Shown: positions 1-13,623 of the stretch, piece by piece
Layout of the letters: each line of letters begins with the position of its first letter
Position numbering within the stretch: position 1 is the first letter of the stretch
Source of the DNA: the human T2T-CHM13v2.0 reference genome, Homo sapiens
Assembly (NCBI RefSeq): GCF_009914755.1
Contig: NC_060947.1
Strand: one strand, 5' to 3'
Length of the DNA stretch: 64,000 nucleotides
Notes under the pieces: model-generated
Told to the model about the DNA's origin: nothing
The model's database searches: none
Seen by the model: only the letters and a program-made list of their open reading frames with translations
Translations under genes and position numbers: made by a program

Positions 1-427
1 ATTCACATGCTGGTGTGGAGAGGAGGGCCTACTAACCAAGGCCTGAGAGAAAGAAGCAGGCTCCAGGAAAGCATAGGAATGGGGCTTCTCTGAGAGGGAC
101 TGTTAGCAAAATGTTAAGATAAATTTGAAACAAACAAAAGAGATAAGGACTTTTTCTAAACCTGAACCGCAATTACTTTTGCACCAACCTAATAAAAATC
201 ACCTATGACGTACCAAGCTGTTTTTTTGCCTCAGATCCAAAGATGACCAAGACAGATCCCTCCAAGAAGGGTGTATATCCTAGTGTGAGTGAACTACACA
301 AACATGACACAGGAAAAGACAACTGGTTCCCAAGGTTAAGAGTGCAATTCACTTTTGTGAAAAACATGCCTGAGAGTGTTGCTAGAGGTTCTCATTCTGT
401 TTTTTTAAATATTTTTAAAAAATCCAT

Positions 428-1250
428 GTTTAAATTGACAAATAAAAATTGTATGTATGTTATCATGTACAACATGTTGTTTTGAAATATGTATACAATG
501 TGGAATGGCTAACTCAAGCTAATTAAGATATGTATGATCTCACATACTTATTTTTTTGTGGTAAGAACACTTAAAATCTATTCTCTCAGTGATTTTCAAG
601 TATGCAGTACATTGTTATATAGTGAGCATGATGTACAGTAGGTCTCTTATTCCTCCTGCCTAACTGAAATTTTGAATCCTTTGACCAACATCTCCCCAAC
701 CCAAACCCTATCTTCCCCTTAACCACTAATAATGACCACTCTACTCTCTACTTCTATGAGTTCAACTTTTTAAAGATTCCATACATAAGTGAAACCATTC
801 AGTATTTGTCCTTTTGTGCTTGGCTAATTTCACTTAGCAAAATGCCCTCCAGATTCATCCATATTGTTGCACATTACAGACATTTCCTCTTTTTTTAAGG
901 CTGAATCAGAATTTCATTACAGAATTACCCCATTGTGTATATATACACAATATATACACAACATATTGTAGATATATACACAATATATACACAACATATT
1001 GTATATATATACACAATATATGCACAACATATTGTATATATACACAATACTCCATTGAGAAAAATCACATCACATCCATTGTGTATGTATACCACATTTT
1101 CCTTATATGTTCATTTACTGATAGACACATAAGTTGATTCTATATCTTGGCTATTGTGAAAAACGTGGAAATGAACATGGGAGGGCAGATATTTCTTTGA
1201 CATACTGATTTTACCTCCTTTCAATATACATCCACTAGTGGGATTGATGG
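428..1250 (-). mobile_element. LINE-1 3' end, L1MA-type (L1MA7-9-like), truncated
   Basis: Reverse-strand L1MA 3'UTR text (aattgacaaataaaaattgta...gtggaatggctaa...aagaacacttaaaatctattctctc...ctatgagttcaacttt...ggctattgtgaa); interrupted by a minisatellite. Confidence 0.85.
932..1049. repeat. 33-bp minisatellite (~3.5 copies) inside L1
   Basis: Unit ~atatatacacaatatatacacaacatattgtag; 11-aa period in ORF 935..1132. Confidence 0.9.
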
Positions 1251-2116
1251 TTAAGTTTCTAATTCTCAAAAGATTAAGATAACCTTTATAAATGTCTGGA
1301 AAAGTTTACATATATTTATAATTACATATAAATATATGGGATAATTATATATAAGTATATAATTATGACAGAAAATGAATCTTTTTCTCCTATTTAAATG
1401 CTTAAAAATCATTCACCTCAAGAAGATCAGATACTTATCTATTTTTTTCTCCTATGGGTCATAGTTTTAATTAAATTCTCTAAACAATTTTGGGCTTAAA
1501 ATTTGTGTTTGATATGATATAAAACTCTAAATCTGTTTATTTTACCCAAAATTTTAACCAAGTTTCCTGGTAACGTCTATTGCAAAATTCTTTCTCTCTC
1601 GACTAGGGTAGTTTAATTAATCCCCACCTCCTACACTGAGTTATATTTAATGTATACTTCCAGTTTCACAGAGCCTAAACTTTATTCTTAATGAGAATCA
1701 GTGATTAACCTAGTATGATCCTACCAAGTAAGTTAGAATATTATGTTGCCTGCCTGAAATACATTTTTTATATTGAACACAGAATAATAGATTTATGCTA
1801 TTTGCCTAAAAAGTATTTTCTCTGCTTCCATTTAATAAATAGTGGACAGATATTTAGATAACATATTTCGAAGGTACACCAAATTATTAGATTACCATGA
1901 TAGCCACATGATTTCACTTGGCTTTAGGTTGATTGCACTGTTTTTTGTTTTTTCTTTTTAAAACCTCCATCATCCTTATTGCGAGTTGAAATTCTTCTTG
2001 CCTGCCCTGAGAATTGGAGTGGTCAAATCAAAAAGCTTTTATGAAAGAGGTTTTAGTGGTGGTGTGAGATTTTGTCTTTCTTATTTTTCAGAGACATTTT
2101 GGTAGGAGATAAGAAA

Positions 2117-2293
2117 TTGCTGGAATCATTTCCAAGCCTGGCTACATTCTTTAGTAGCTCTGTAATTTTGGGCACATTGCTTTCTCAAACTTGTTTCCAC
2201 ATATGTAAATAGGAAATAGTGATATCTACATTACATGGTTATTAGCACAGTTTCTAGCATTTGTAACCACTCAGTGAATAGTAGGAGCTATTG
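2117..2293 (+). mobile_element. MIR SINE, degraded
   Basis: MIR core-like: tagctctgtaattttgggcacatt...gtttccacatatgtaaatagg...cagtttctagcat...ctcagtgaatagt. Confidence 0.6.
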
Positions 2294-2920
2294 GTATTTA
2301 CAAAGTAGGGGAAAGTTGAATACAAAGTTAGTATCCAAAAGTATATTGGATACTAAAAGCCAGATGTTCTCTTCTGCAAGAATTCTCTCACAGATGACTT
2401 CAATAAGTTACTATTAAATGAATGATAAATGGATAAATGAGTGGATACCTTCATAAACAAACACAGATAACACATGGCAAGGCATGGATGGATCAGAACT
2501 GTCTACTTCCTTCTGGCCAATCCAACTTTTTTATGTGCCTTGCAACTTCTTGCCTATACAGGTGAATTTCAAATGTGCTGTCTTGTTGTCATCAGTTACC
2601 CTAGATGATTCCTCCTCTCCACCAATTCTCTTCCTTTAACCCCTTCTCAGGGGTTAAACTTTCTGATCCAAAGTTCCCTGCCTTGAACCTGCATTGGGTC
2701 TTCAGGTTTGGAATTTTTACGTTAGAGTCTGTATTCTAACCTTTATTTTCCATGAAGGTCCTGGCCTTAGCTTAATCCTGGTTGTTCTCCATGATCTGAA
2801 ATACAATAAATCATTCAGCAGAAATATTTGAGATCCAATTTGTCTCGAGGGAACAGTATTTCTGAGTTAGATACTGTAAATTTTGGCAGATAAGCTATGA
2901 TATTTAGTGCAGAATTATAG

Positions 2921-3236
<316 letters not shown>

Positions 3237-4087
3237 AAATATGTGAATTTTTAAAGTGGCTGTGCATCCAAAAGCTATTATTTTGTACATGTTTAAGATA
3301 GAAATTAAATAATGGCAATACAATTTATTAGTTCATATCAAGTAAAAACAGTTGGGGTTGCCTGAAGATGGGAAAATTAACACATTATAATAAAATCCTT
3401 ACTATTTATTGAGAAATAAACAATGAACTAATTGTATTTATAAATTGTCCCTAAATTAGAATTTACAACCCAAGTGCCTTTCCCAAACCTATCAAAACAG
3501 AACCACCTTGCAATAATAATATCCAAGAAATTATCATTTACCCAGAAATCTCAGCTGATTTGCAGATGGAAGTAGCAAAGTCTCTCGTCCTCAGGATTGG
3601 TTGTCACAGGTTTACACTACCAAAGTGTCTTGGAAAATTCCATCATTGTTTTATGCCTTATTTTACTGCCTTCTTTTCAAATGTTCTCTCCCTGCCTCGA
3701 AATGACTTCTGGTTCATGAAATGTATGGCGTTTTCTCAGCCTGAGAGACCTGGAGATCAGCATCACTCTGTTCATAGATTGTAGATTGTGCAGTTGTGGT
3801 GGCTCTGGCAGCCAAAATCCCAAAGATCATGTTGTCAGTCACTGTGCGCAGTCCAGAAAATTAACTTTCCGTCATTATAATTCTGTGGTTTTTGAAAGTA
3901 TATCAAAAATAATATCCTTTTAGAATACTTCTGTAGTATTCTGATTTTTTAACGGAATTCTTTATTCTCCTTTGAGTCACTTGGAATCTACTTCTAATCC
4001 AGTCACTTGGACCATAGGATCCAGCACAGTGGGACCTGCCCATGCTAACCCTACCCCAAAGTGGGTGGTTTGCACAAGGACCAAGGT

Positions 4088-4299
4088 CAGTTGCCCTCAG
4101 CTGCAGCACTACTGACATTTGGAGCTGGATCCATCCTCTGTGGTGGGGTTGCCCTGTGCCTTGTGGATGTTTCGCAGCATCCTGGCCTCCACCCACTTGA
4201 TGCCAGGAACATCACCCTCAGTGGTGACAACTAAAAATGCCTCCAGACATTGCCTAATGTACCCTGGGGGACAGTGTCACCCCTGGGTGGGAACCACTG
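4088..4299 (-). mobile_element. MER20 (hAT-Charlie), near full length
   Basis: Reverse complement reads cagtggttcccacccaggggtgac...ggcaatgtctggaggcatttttagttgtcac...gaggccaggatgctg. Confidence 0.85.
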
Positions 4300-5039
4300 A
4301 GCTGGATTAATACCCTCCTCATATCAAAGCTTGCACTAACTCTTCAGTGTGGGAGACTTGGCAAATTATATCACAACAGTGTGTTGAACCTGTGCATAGA
4401 ACAATCACTCTAACATAACTTTTATTGCCCAGTTAAAAATTCCTCCAGGGGTTGCTACAGATACGTATCTAGGCTGTTTGAACTCTACCTGATTAGGCAC
4501 TCAAAATTAATGTGCCTCAAGATGTTATGATCAAACCAACTCGTGTACTGATCATTGATGTAAAGCTATTTGGACTTGAATAATATGTGTTCCATACACA
4601 TGCATGTCAATATTTTAAAATCTCCTTAATCAGATTAAACAATCTCACTCCGAAAAAATATTTTAAAGAAGATAATTGTCCGTGCAATATAGCTATTTAT
4701 CCTTGCCTTTTTAAAAATAATGTAAAGAAAACAAGAGTAGTTTTTCCTGTAAGAAAATATTTCTTCATTCACACTCCTTAACAAATTCAATTTCTTTAAA
4801 TAGCGAGTATTTTTTTTTCTGCAGACATAAAGGTTTACTTATTTCCTAAGTTATTCCTAGTGACTGTGAATGTGTATTTTCACCAATTTATTAACAAAAT
4901 ATTTCTAATTATTCAAAACTGATTAATCCCTGTATAATACATTTTTTAAAATTTTGAAATATTCTTAATCTTAAGAATAATTTCAAAAAAATCCAAGAAC
5001 TTTTATTTTTCCTAAGCTATTTGAAGACAGTTGTTGAAA

Positions 5040-6125
5040 TACTTGTGTGTGTATTTTCTACAAAGAAGTACATTCTCTTATATAATCAGAGTACAGCCAC
5101 CAAAATCAGGAACTGCAGCTTGGCATGTAGCTGCCACATATCCCCTTCAAAGTTTGCCAGTTGTCCTCATAATGTCCCTCACAGTGGAAAGATTCAATAC
5201 AGAATCATGCATTGTGTTTAGTTTCATGTGTGTGGTTTTTTTTTTTTTTTTGTCGGGGAGGGGGCGGTCTCTTTCAATCTGAAATCATCCCTCAGCCTTT
5301 CTTGGACTATTGTTTTTGGACCTTGATGTTTTTGAAGGTTTCATGCCAGTTAGTTTGCCTATTGGTTTTGTCTTATGTTTGCTCATGATTACATTTGGAT
5401 TATGCATTTGTAGTAGGAACACTACAAATGTGACTCTGTGTTTTTCTCCCTGCATCCCATCCGGTGGTCGATTTTTCTCCTGGCTTGTTAACCTTGATCA
5501 CTTGGTTAAGGCAGAGTATTCCAAGTTTCTCTGTTGTAATCAATAAGACTTTTGTACAGAGGTACTTTGGTACTATGTAAATATCCCATTCCTCATCAAA
5601 TTTGTACCCACTGTTTTAAGCATTCATTGATATTTCTTTTTCTTTCTTTTCTTTTCTTTTTTTTTAAAGACAGGAACTTGCTCTCTTGCCCAGGCTGAAG
5701 TATAGTGGTGCAGTCATAGCTTATTGCAGCCTCCAACTCCTAGGATCAAGTGATCCTCCTACCTCAGCATCCCAAGTAGCTGGGGCTACAGGCACAGCCA
5801 TCATGCCCAGCTAATTTTAAACTGTTTTTGCAGAGACCAGGTCTTGCTGTGTTTCTCAGGCTCATCTTGAACTCCTCGCTTCAAGCAATTCTCCCGCCTC
5901 AGCCTCCAAAAGTGCTGGGCATTAATATTTCTTGGATGAATTATTACAGTTATCATTATGAAATAGTAATATTCTAATTCCACCATTTCTTCTACATTCT
6001 ATCAATTGACAGTATACAGTAAAGAAGAGCTTTATCGTATCTCCATTTATCTTAACCTGGACTCAGATTCATTTTTTATTAAACAGATTATAATCTATTT
6101 CTGTCATTATTTTTATTTGATGCTT
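5040..6125 (-). mobile_element. LINE-1 3' region, L1MC4/5-like, split by an AluJ
   Basis: acattctcttatataatcagagtacag...ccttgatcacttggttaagg...tactatgtaaatatcccattcctcatcaaa...gtaaagaagagcttt. Confidence 0.75.
5633..5924 (-). mobile_element. AluJ, slightly 5'-truncated
   Basis: Antisense Alu with J diagnostics (gcagcctccaactcctaggatcaagtgatcctcc); atatttctt on both flanks. Confidence 0.9.
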
Positions 6126-7911
6126 ATTTCCTGCTGAATCCATCCAACAATGTATTCATCCATCATTTCAGGCATTCACTCTTTTTTTAGGCAGTGCCTC
6201 TCTTAGATTTTTCCTGTCACTTTTTGGCCTTCACTTGTCTTTTCTAGATTTTAAACTTGTGTACCTTGCAAGATTAATGCAGTGCATCTCTTCTAATTCT
6301 GTGAGCCTTCCTTTATTCAGTGGGTGAATAAATGACCCATGCTCCCCCTGGGTTCTTCTGAGCAATGTGGTGCTGCCTTCAGAGCTGTTTCATGACCTGG
6401 CCACCCCAGCTTCAGCGTGTCACAAAAGTTCCAAGACATGAAGGAATCATATCACACGAAAGTTCTCACCTTGCCATATTCTGATTTTTTCTGCCACTTA
6501 AGCAACACAATGGTCACTGCCAAGAGGCATCCAGTGTTCTGAGAAATCACCCGAGCCAGGCCAACCTTGGACTGCGTTAATTGTCATGCTGTTAACGCAA
6601 AGATAAACGGGTGATAGCTGCCCTTCTTTTAACCTAGAGGTGTGCTTAAATTCTCTGTGTTTTTCTTTAAATGGTTGGAGGATTATCTAAAGCAAATACA
6701 TTCCCATGCAGCTGCTATATCTATGATTAAACTTTTTTTTTGATGACAAGCTTTTGAATAAAAGTGCTGCTAAGTTTCATGAAAACAGTTACGGTAACAG
6801 AGTTGGACATTTATTCACATTATTTCCAAATGTGCAAAAGAGAAGAGTAACTAATTTATTTATCTATCCCCCTGCCTCTCTTTGTAGCAGAGGAATTCAC
6901 ACTTGTGTACCAGTAATAGCTCATCATCCTCCCTGCTACACTGTTGTATTCACTTAACTTGCATTGTATTCGTAGACTGGTTTTAAAAATATGACTTTTT
7001 AGTTTTCTGCCGAGAATCAAATCTTCTCTGTAAACAGCACACAATAGCTAGGAAACCTGATTTCCAATTTAAAATATTTCAGTCTCTTGCTAAGCAAGTG
7101 CCTTTCAGTTTAGGTATCTGGTGTAGTAAAGTGGAATTGCTTATTACACCCGTTTTAAACAATCACTTATGGGCACCTCAGACCCTTTGGGTAGATGCTC
7201 AGCTGATGAGAGCCTTACTCACCTTCTTCTTCCCCAAGATGGTGGATAAGTTCATGAGGGCATTACTTTGTACAATGGGATGGCGACCCTGGGCTCTTGC
7301 TGGTCCCTGCATGTGCATGGCTCACTTCCACTGGGTGGAGTTTGTCTAGATCCAGCCACAAAATCTCCACCATTTGATATGCAGTTTTGCCCCTGGAATA
7401 TTTCCTGGTCTGGTCTCTTCCAGCTTGTTGGAGGCCTGCTGGTCTTTCCTATGGACTTTGCCCCACCTCAGCTCTTGCTGCTACTAGATGTCTGGTGGGG
7501 ACTCCTCTTCCATTCCTAGCCCCAGCATTCTGCTCTGCCTCCTGTTGCTAGCGGGCACCTCAGCCTGCAGCAACCCCGTGGGAAGTCCGCCAGCCTGTAC
7601 TGCCTTCCATCTGTACTCCTCCCCAGGGATCCAGGGAGTGGAATCTTCTGCTAACTCAGACATACATGCTGCCTCCACAGGTGGCCACCCTGGTTGCTGT
7701 GGGACACCTGTCTCCTCCTGCCGTCCAAAAGAGCAAGAAGCACTAAACTCTGTCTTCGGTCAGCATGACTCTCAGCCCATGTAAGCTCACCTTGGCTGTA
7801 CCCCGAGGAGGGAGATCAAAGTATATGTTCCTACTGTCAGCTTTACTCACATCCACATCTTCTCCCTGCATGTCCTTGGGTTGGAAGGAACAGCTTATTT
7901 TTTGTCCTACA

Positions 7912-8065
7912 TCAGTGGTTCTTAAACTTTACTGTACCAAGAAAGCTTTTAAAAAATGCTGATGATTGGGGCCTGCAGATTCTCAGTCACTGATCTGGAT
8001 ATGTCCTGCATGTAAGAGTGTTTTGCAAATCGTTTCTAATGTGCAACCAGGATTACAAAACGTTA
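7912..8065. mobile_element. MER5-like hAT relic
   Basis: cagtggttcttaaactttactgt...ttaaaaaatgctgatg...ttctaatgtgcaaccagg. Confidence 0.5.
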
Positions 8066-9025
8066 TCTTGTATCCTGAGTTCTCTCTACTCTTGGCATAA
8101 AATTAAAATCTGTTATATCTTGTGTATGTGTGTGTCTGTGTATGTGCATGTAGAGAAAGAGATAGAAACTGCAAGGGTAGCCTCGTAATATGTTAAATGG
8201 TAACTATTTCATTTTGGGAAATTTTGACTTAAAGAATCCTTTTGTCCCCCTCAACGAAGTATGCTCTGTACAGCTATTGCCTTGAAAGAAAGAAAAATCC
8301 CCTGTGCTTGTCAGTAGCTCAACATGGCCTCTTTATATCCCTTTGCACTTTGCTCGGTAGCTCAACATTTTGCATTTTGCAGCAATAGTTCAAAAGCCCC
8401 CCTCTCTGCCTTAGGCCCCTGGATCCCTCAGAATGCTTCAGGATGCCTAGCGAGAAGGATATGTTCACAGAAAGGCAAAAATGGAAAGCACATTAGTAGA
8501 GTTTGCAAAATATAACCTTTGCATCACTGCTATTATCCACCCCACAGCGAATGAGGCACGTCTAGGTGAAGGGTACATTTATTTGAGCCACATAAACCAA
8601 GAGTTATAAAGTTATGAAATATGGAACCAATAGGGAAATAAATTTATTTTTAGAAAGACAAAGGGACTTGCCCAAGGTAGCATGATTATGTAAGGTTTTA
8701 ACCAAAGGCACCATTTCCGTGGAAGCCAGGAAGAGTAGGGCGGGAGTAGGGCAGGAGTAGGGCCAGGAGGGTGAAATCCAAGTGGCTTAAAGGTGACGTA
8801 TGAGCTTTCAACAGAATATAGAAAGAATGAAGAGCGGGGCCTGTTTTCTCTCCTTCTTGATACTTCCATGAAGCCTATTATTTCACCAGCCTTCTGCAGC
8901 TTAATGATGCAGGGGGCATAAGAACAAGGGATGGAGTTTCTGCCAGTAGGTTCACCTGTGTTGTCATTATTTAGTTATTATTCACCAAAGCGCTGTTGAT
9001 AACTATCTTTTGCAGCAATGGCTCA

Positions 9026-9353
<328 letters not shown>

Positions 9354-9458
9354 TGCAAATATAGACATTTATAAGTATAAATGCTAATGATAAACTGACT
9401 TTTTAATATTTTGTTTCACATGAGCGGTATTTTCACAGCCACTGGATTGCTTATCTAT

Positions 9459-9520
9459 TAGTGGTTCTAAACCAGAGGTGATTTTGCCCTTCCAGGGGGC
9501 ATTTAGCAGTACCTGGAGCC
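9459..9520 (+). mobile_element. MER20 5' fragment
   Basis: agtggttctaaaccagaggtgattttgcccttccagggggcatttagca. Confidence 0.55.
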
Positions 9521-10504
9521 TTTCTACATTTTATAGTACTTTTCATGTTTCCTAAAACTTTTGAAAAACTGACCTTCTTAATTGATTACTTATGATGCTT
9601 TCAAGATTCAAATTGTTCCATGGTAATTCAGCCTTCTCTATTTCATTGTTTATTTTCTCTTCTTTGACATTCACGATTTTGACAAAGTTAAAAACTTACG
9701 TTGGGTCACAGACTACTATGATAGAGGCCTGAGCCTAATTATTATCAGCTTAAGTTGTAGAAACAGCTCTTGTATTGACACTAGCTGGATTTATTTTATT
9801 TAATTGTTTTGGAATGTGTAAATATTATGCAGTTGATGTGCCTCAGAGGCCATTTTCTTTCACTTTTTAAAGTACAACTAGAAGTTGATATTTTTAGCAT
9901 TCAGTATTCTACACTTTGTGGACAGATGAACTTCATAATGAAGTATGAAGAGCAACTGTACCTTAAAGAAAAAAATAGCTACATCAAAACTAGGTAAGAA
10001 TGCCCTATGATGGAATATTTTATGCTGCTCATTATATTTTACAAGTCATAGCAGGGCATTATGTGGAGAGATGTATCTTGCTGGAAATGCACTTTATGAC
10101 TTATTTTGTTATTCCAAGAGGATATTCGTACTTGATTATCTTCTACTCAATTGTGAAAACATTTATGCTTTCGGGTATGGTTTCACCCATCATGTGGGCT
10201 GGGCTGGTTTCAAAAATATTCATATGGCGGTTGCTAATTATAGGATCTCAGGAACTATTAAAAATAAACACAGGCACCTAAATTCGAGAAATAAAGAAGC
10301 TGATTAGGAATAGAAGCACATTGAGACCTTAGCACAGTTGTAAAATCCATGAGTTTGAGCTGATTAATAGAGCGTATTATTACAGAATGGTGATTTCCTG
10401 TTTTTTGGCTTCCCACTGTGCACCAATTAATAATGTGTATCTTATCCACAGGCAGCAGAGGTCCCCCCCTGAACTATTAGCTTCAGCAACCTGCTCTTCT
10501 GTTC

Positions 10505-10804
<300 letters not shown>

Positions 10805-11359
10805 AACAACTTACTCTCCTGTTCTTGTTTAAACACTTGCCATAACTTGATCTTGAATTCCTTCCTGCAGACATTTAGAACAAAAATCAGTGTGAAATAT
10901 TTGTCAATTACATCTGACCTTGTCAATCTTGAGCAGCTCAACAAATCTCATGCCAGGGTCCTGGCTGATATTTGAAGATGTTTGAGGTTCCAGTCATAGA
11001 CTATGAAAGAACATGGTGCCCGTTAATGCTTAGTTTTCCAAATACGTAAACAGTTCTTTGTATTTGCATACATTGCTTTACATTTTATAAAATATGCTGT
11101 ACCACCTCATTGGCTTCTTCAAATAACCACAGTGCATTACAGTTATAATTTTAAACATGGATAAAATAGGGTGCAGCCATATTAAATCCAGTAGTTGGAA
11201 GTGGCCTTTTCCAGAATGTTGCCTAACATGTAGGGCATACTTAATAACTATTTTTTGAATGGATACATATTAGTGCTTGGAAGTAAGAAACATTGTATTG
11301 TTGTTGTTTTAATAATGGTTGTTTTTGCTTATGACATAGACAGGTAGGCAAGATATATT

Positions 11360-11520
11360 AACTAGGTTTCAAAAGAGATTTAAATCCCAATTCTGTTGTT
11401 AACAACATTGTGACCCTGAAATTCTCTTAACTTTTTGGCACACACTTTACTTATTTTTGGAAAAACAATCTCGGGGAGGAAGTTTGAGTAGATACTGTGT
11501 AGGATCATTTTCTTTTCTAA
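11360..11520 (+). mobile_element. MIR/MIR3 relic
   Basis: tttaaatcccaattctgtt...tgtgaccctg...tcttaacttttt. Confidence 0.35.
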
Positions 11521-11602
11521 GTGTCCTGGATCTTACATTTCACTGAGTAGAACGAAGCTTTAATTCAAACAGTTTTGATAAAGATATAGAAAGACAATGC
11601 AG

Positions 11603-11897
11603 TTTGTTTTTTGTTTGTTTGTTTGTTTTGAGACTGGATCTCTCTCTGTTGCCCAGGCTGGAGTGCAGTGGCACCATCACAGCTCACTGCGACTTCCACC
11701 TCTTGGACAGGTTCATGTCATCCTCCCGCCTCAGCCTCCTGGGTTGCTTGGACTACAGGTGCACACCACCACAACCGGCTAATTTTTTTGTAGAGATGGG
11801 GTTTCGCCACGTTGCCCAGGCTGGTCTTGAGTTCCTGAGCTCAAGTGATCCACCTGCCTCAGCCTCCCAAAGTGCTGGGATTACAGGTGTGAGCCAC
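11603..11897 (-). mobile_element. AluJb-like
   Basis: Antisense Alu with (TTTG)n tail; acaatgca on both flanks. Confidence 0.92.
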
Positions 11898-12926
11898 ACA
11901 ATGCAATTTTTTATTGGGTTTATAAATTAGGCTTTCTTGTTCTTCACTAAACTGTTTACCTAACAATATCACCTGGCTGTGGAGCAGTTATTCTTAGTGA
12001 AATTAAAAATATTTATTGTTCATCTAAAGCTCCCAGGATTACAATGCTCTGTCCTGGTATATGAAATATGTCAGATAATACAGATAATACAGCTTTATTG
12101 GGAACTCCCATTTATGTTATTTTTGGGAGTTCTGCTCATGGGCTTTGTATTTAAAGTGCAACATATTCACTTAGGTCTTACTGAAGGAGTTAATTATGGA
12201 AGAGCAAATGAGAATCTTATCATTTGATTCACAGTTACTCAAAATTTTATTTATATTATCTATTAGACCTCCCTTGAGTGCCTACTATAGACCTGACACT
12301 ACATGAGGCCCTCGGACCTTAGAGACAAGCTAGACATGGCCCTTGACCTCAAGGAGTTGCAGTGAAGAAGTCACTTCTACATGGTGCTTGAGATGATGTT
12401 TAGGAAAACCTTCACAGCAGAAATGATATTTGAACTGTGTCTTAACAGATAGATAAGGGTATTCTAGGCAGCAAGGAAAAAAGTAATTTTGGTACAAGTT
12501 GCAGTGTGAACACAGACATGGATGCATGAAATAATTGTGAATTTTGGCAAATGGAAATTGTCCGTATGTCACATGCACTAGTGAATAATGATGCATCGCA
12601 AAGGGAGGAGGTGGTGAAAGCTGGTGGGGAAAAACAGTAGAAGGCTGTGAAAACCGTGTTTTGTTCTTTGTCAAGTAGACACTTGGGAGCCATTGAAGAA
12701 TTTGACTTCAGGAGACACATGGACAGTGCTAAATTTTGGAAAACCTCTATTGGCAATGTAGTGTGGTTGAGAGATAATATTTAGGGGATGGTAGACAAGG
12801 AGATTTTGAGAAGCTGAACAAACATGGTAACCCTAGGATTGGATTAAAGAGATGATGGAGGCACATGTTAAGGAAAGTCAGTGGAACCCATTTGTTAATT
12901 GGAGGTGAGGTTTAAGGAAAAGAAAG

Positions 12927-13441
12927 TGTGATGGTTTATTGTATGTGTCAACTTGATTAGATTAAGGAATGTCCATATTGCTGGGAAAACATTGTTTCTG
13001 GATGTGTCTATGAGGGTTTCTATGTAAGAGACTAACGTTTGAATCAGTGGACTGAGTAAAAAACTGCCCTCCCCATGTGAGTGGGCATCCTCCAATCCAT
13101 TGACTGCCTGCAAAAAGGGAGAGGAAGGAAAAGTTCTCTCTCTCTCTTCTTGAGCTGGGACATCCCTCTCTTGTCCTTGGACATTGGAGCCCCTGCTCCT
13201 CAGGCCTTTGGACTTACACCAGGGTTCCACACCCTACTGCCCCGCCCCTCCTACCCAGTTCTCAGGCTTTCAGCCTCATACTGAGAATTACACCATGGAC
13301 TCCCTTGGTTCTGTTTCTCAGGCATTTGGACTCAAGACTGAATTACACCTCAGGCTTTCCTGGTCCTCCAGCTTGCAGATGGCATATTGTGGCACTTCTC
13401 AACTTCTGTAATCACATGAGTCAATTCCTATAATCAGTCTC

Positions 13442-13496
<55 letters not shown>

Positions 13497-13623
13497 ATCT
13501 ATCTACCTATCTCCATCTATCTATCGTCTATCTATCTATCTATCTATCTGTCTGTCTGTCTGTCTGTCTGTCTATCCATCCATCCTATTGGTTCTGGTTC
13601 TGTGGAGAACCCTGACCAGTATA
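12927..13623 (+). mobile_element. MLT2B-type solo LTR (ERVL)
   Basis: tgtgatggtttattgtatgtgtcaacttgattag...ccagcttgcagatggcatattgtgg...ggagaaccctgaccagtata; 5-bp TSD gaaag/ggaag. Confidence 0.88.
13441..13583. repeat. Compound STR (TCTA)n/(TCTG)n/(TCCA)n
   Basis: Direct reading: ~13 uninterrupted TCTA, then an interrupted block and a TCTG run. Confidence 0.97.

Noticed and set aside
7098-7962. GC-richer block with several short ORFs, one with a hydrophobic signal-peptide-like stretch
   Set aside because: No homology I recognise, overlapping frames and no convincing exon boundaries
13441-13583. Identity with a named forensic STR
   Set aside because: Flanks match no marker I can recall with confidence
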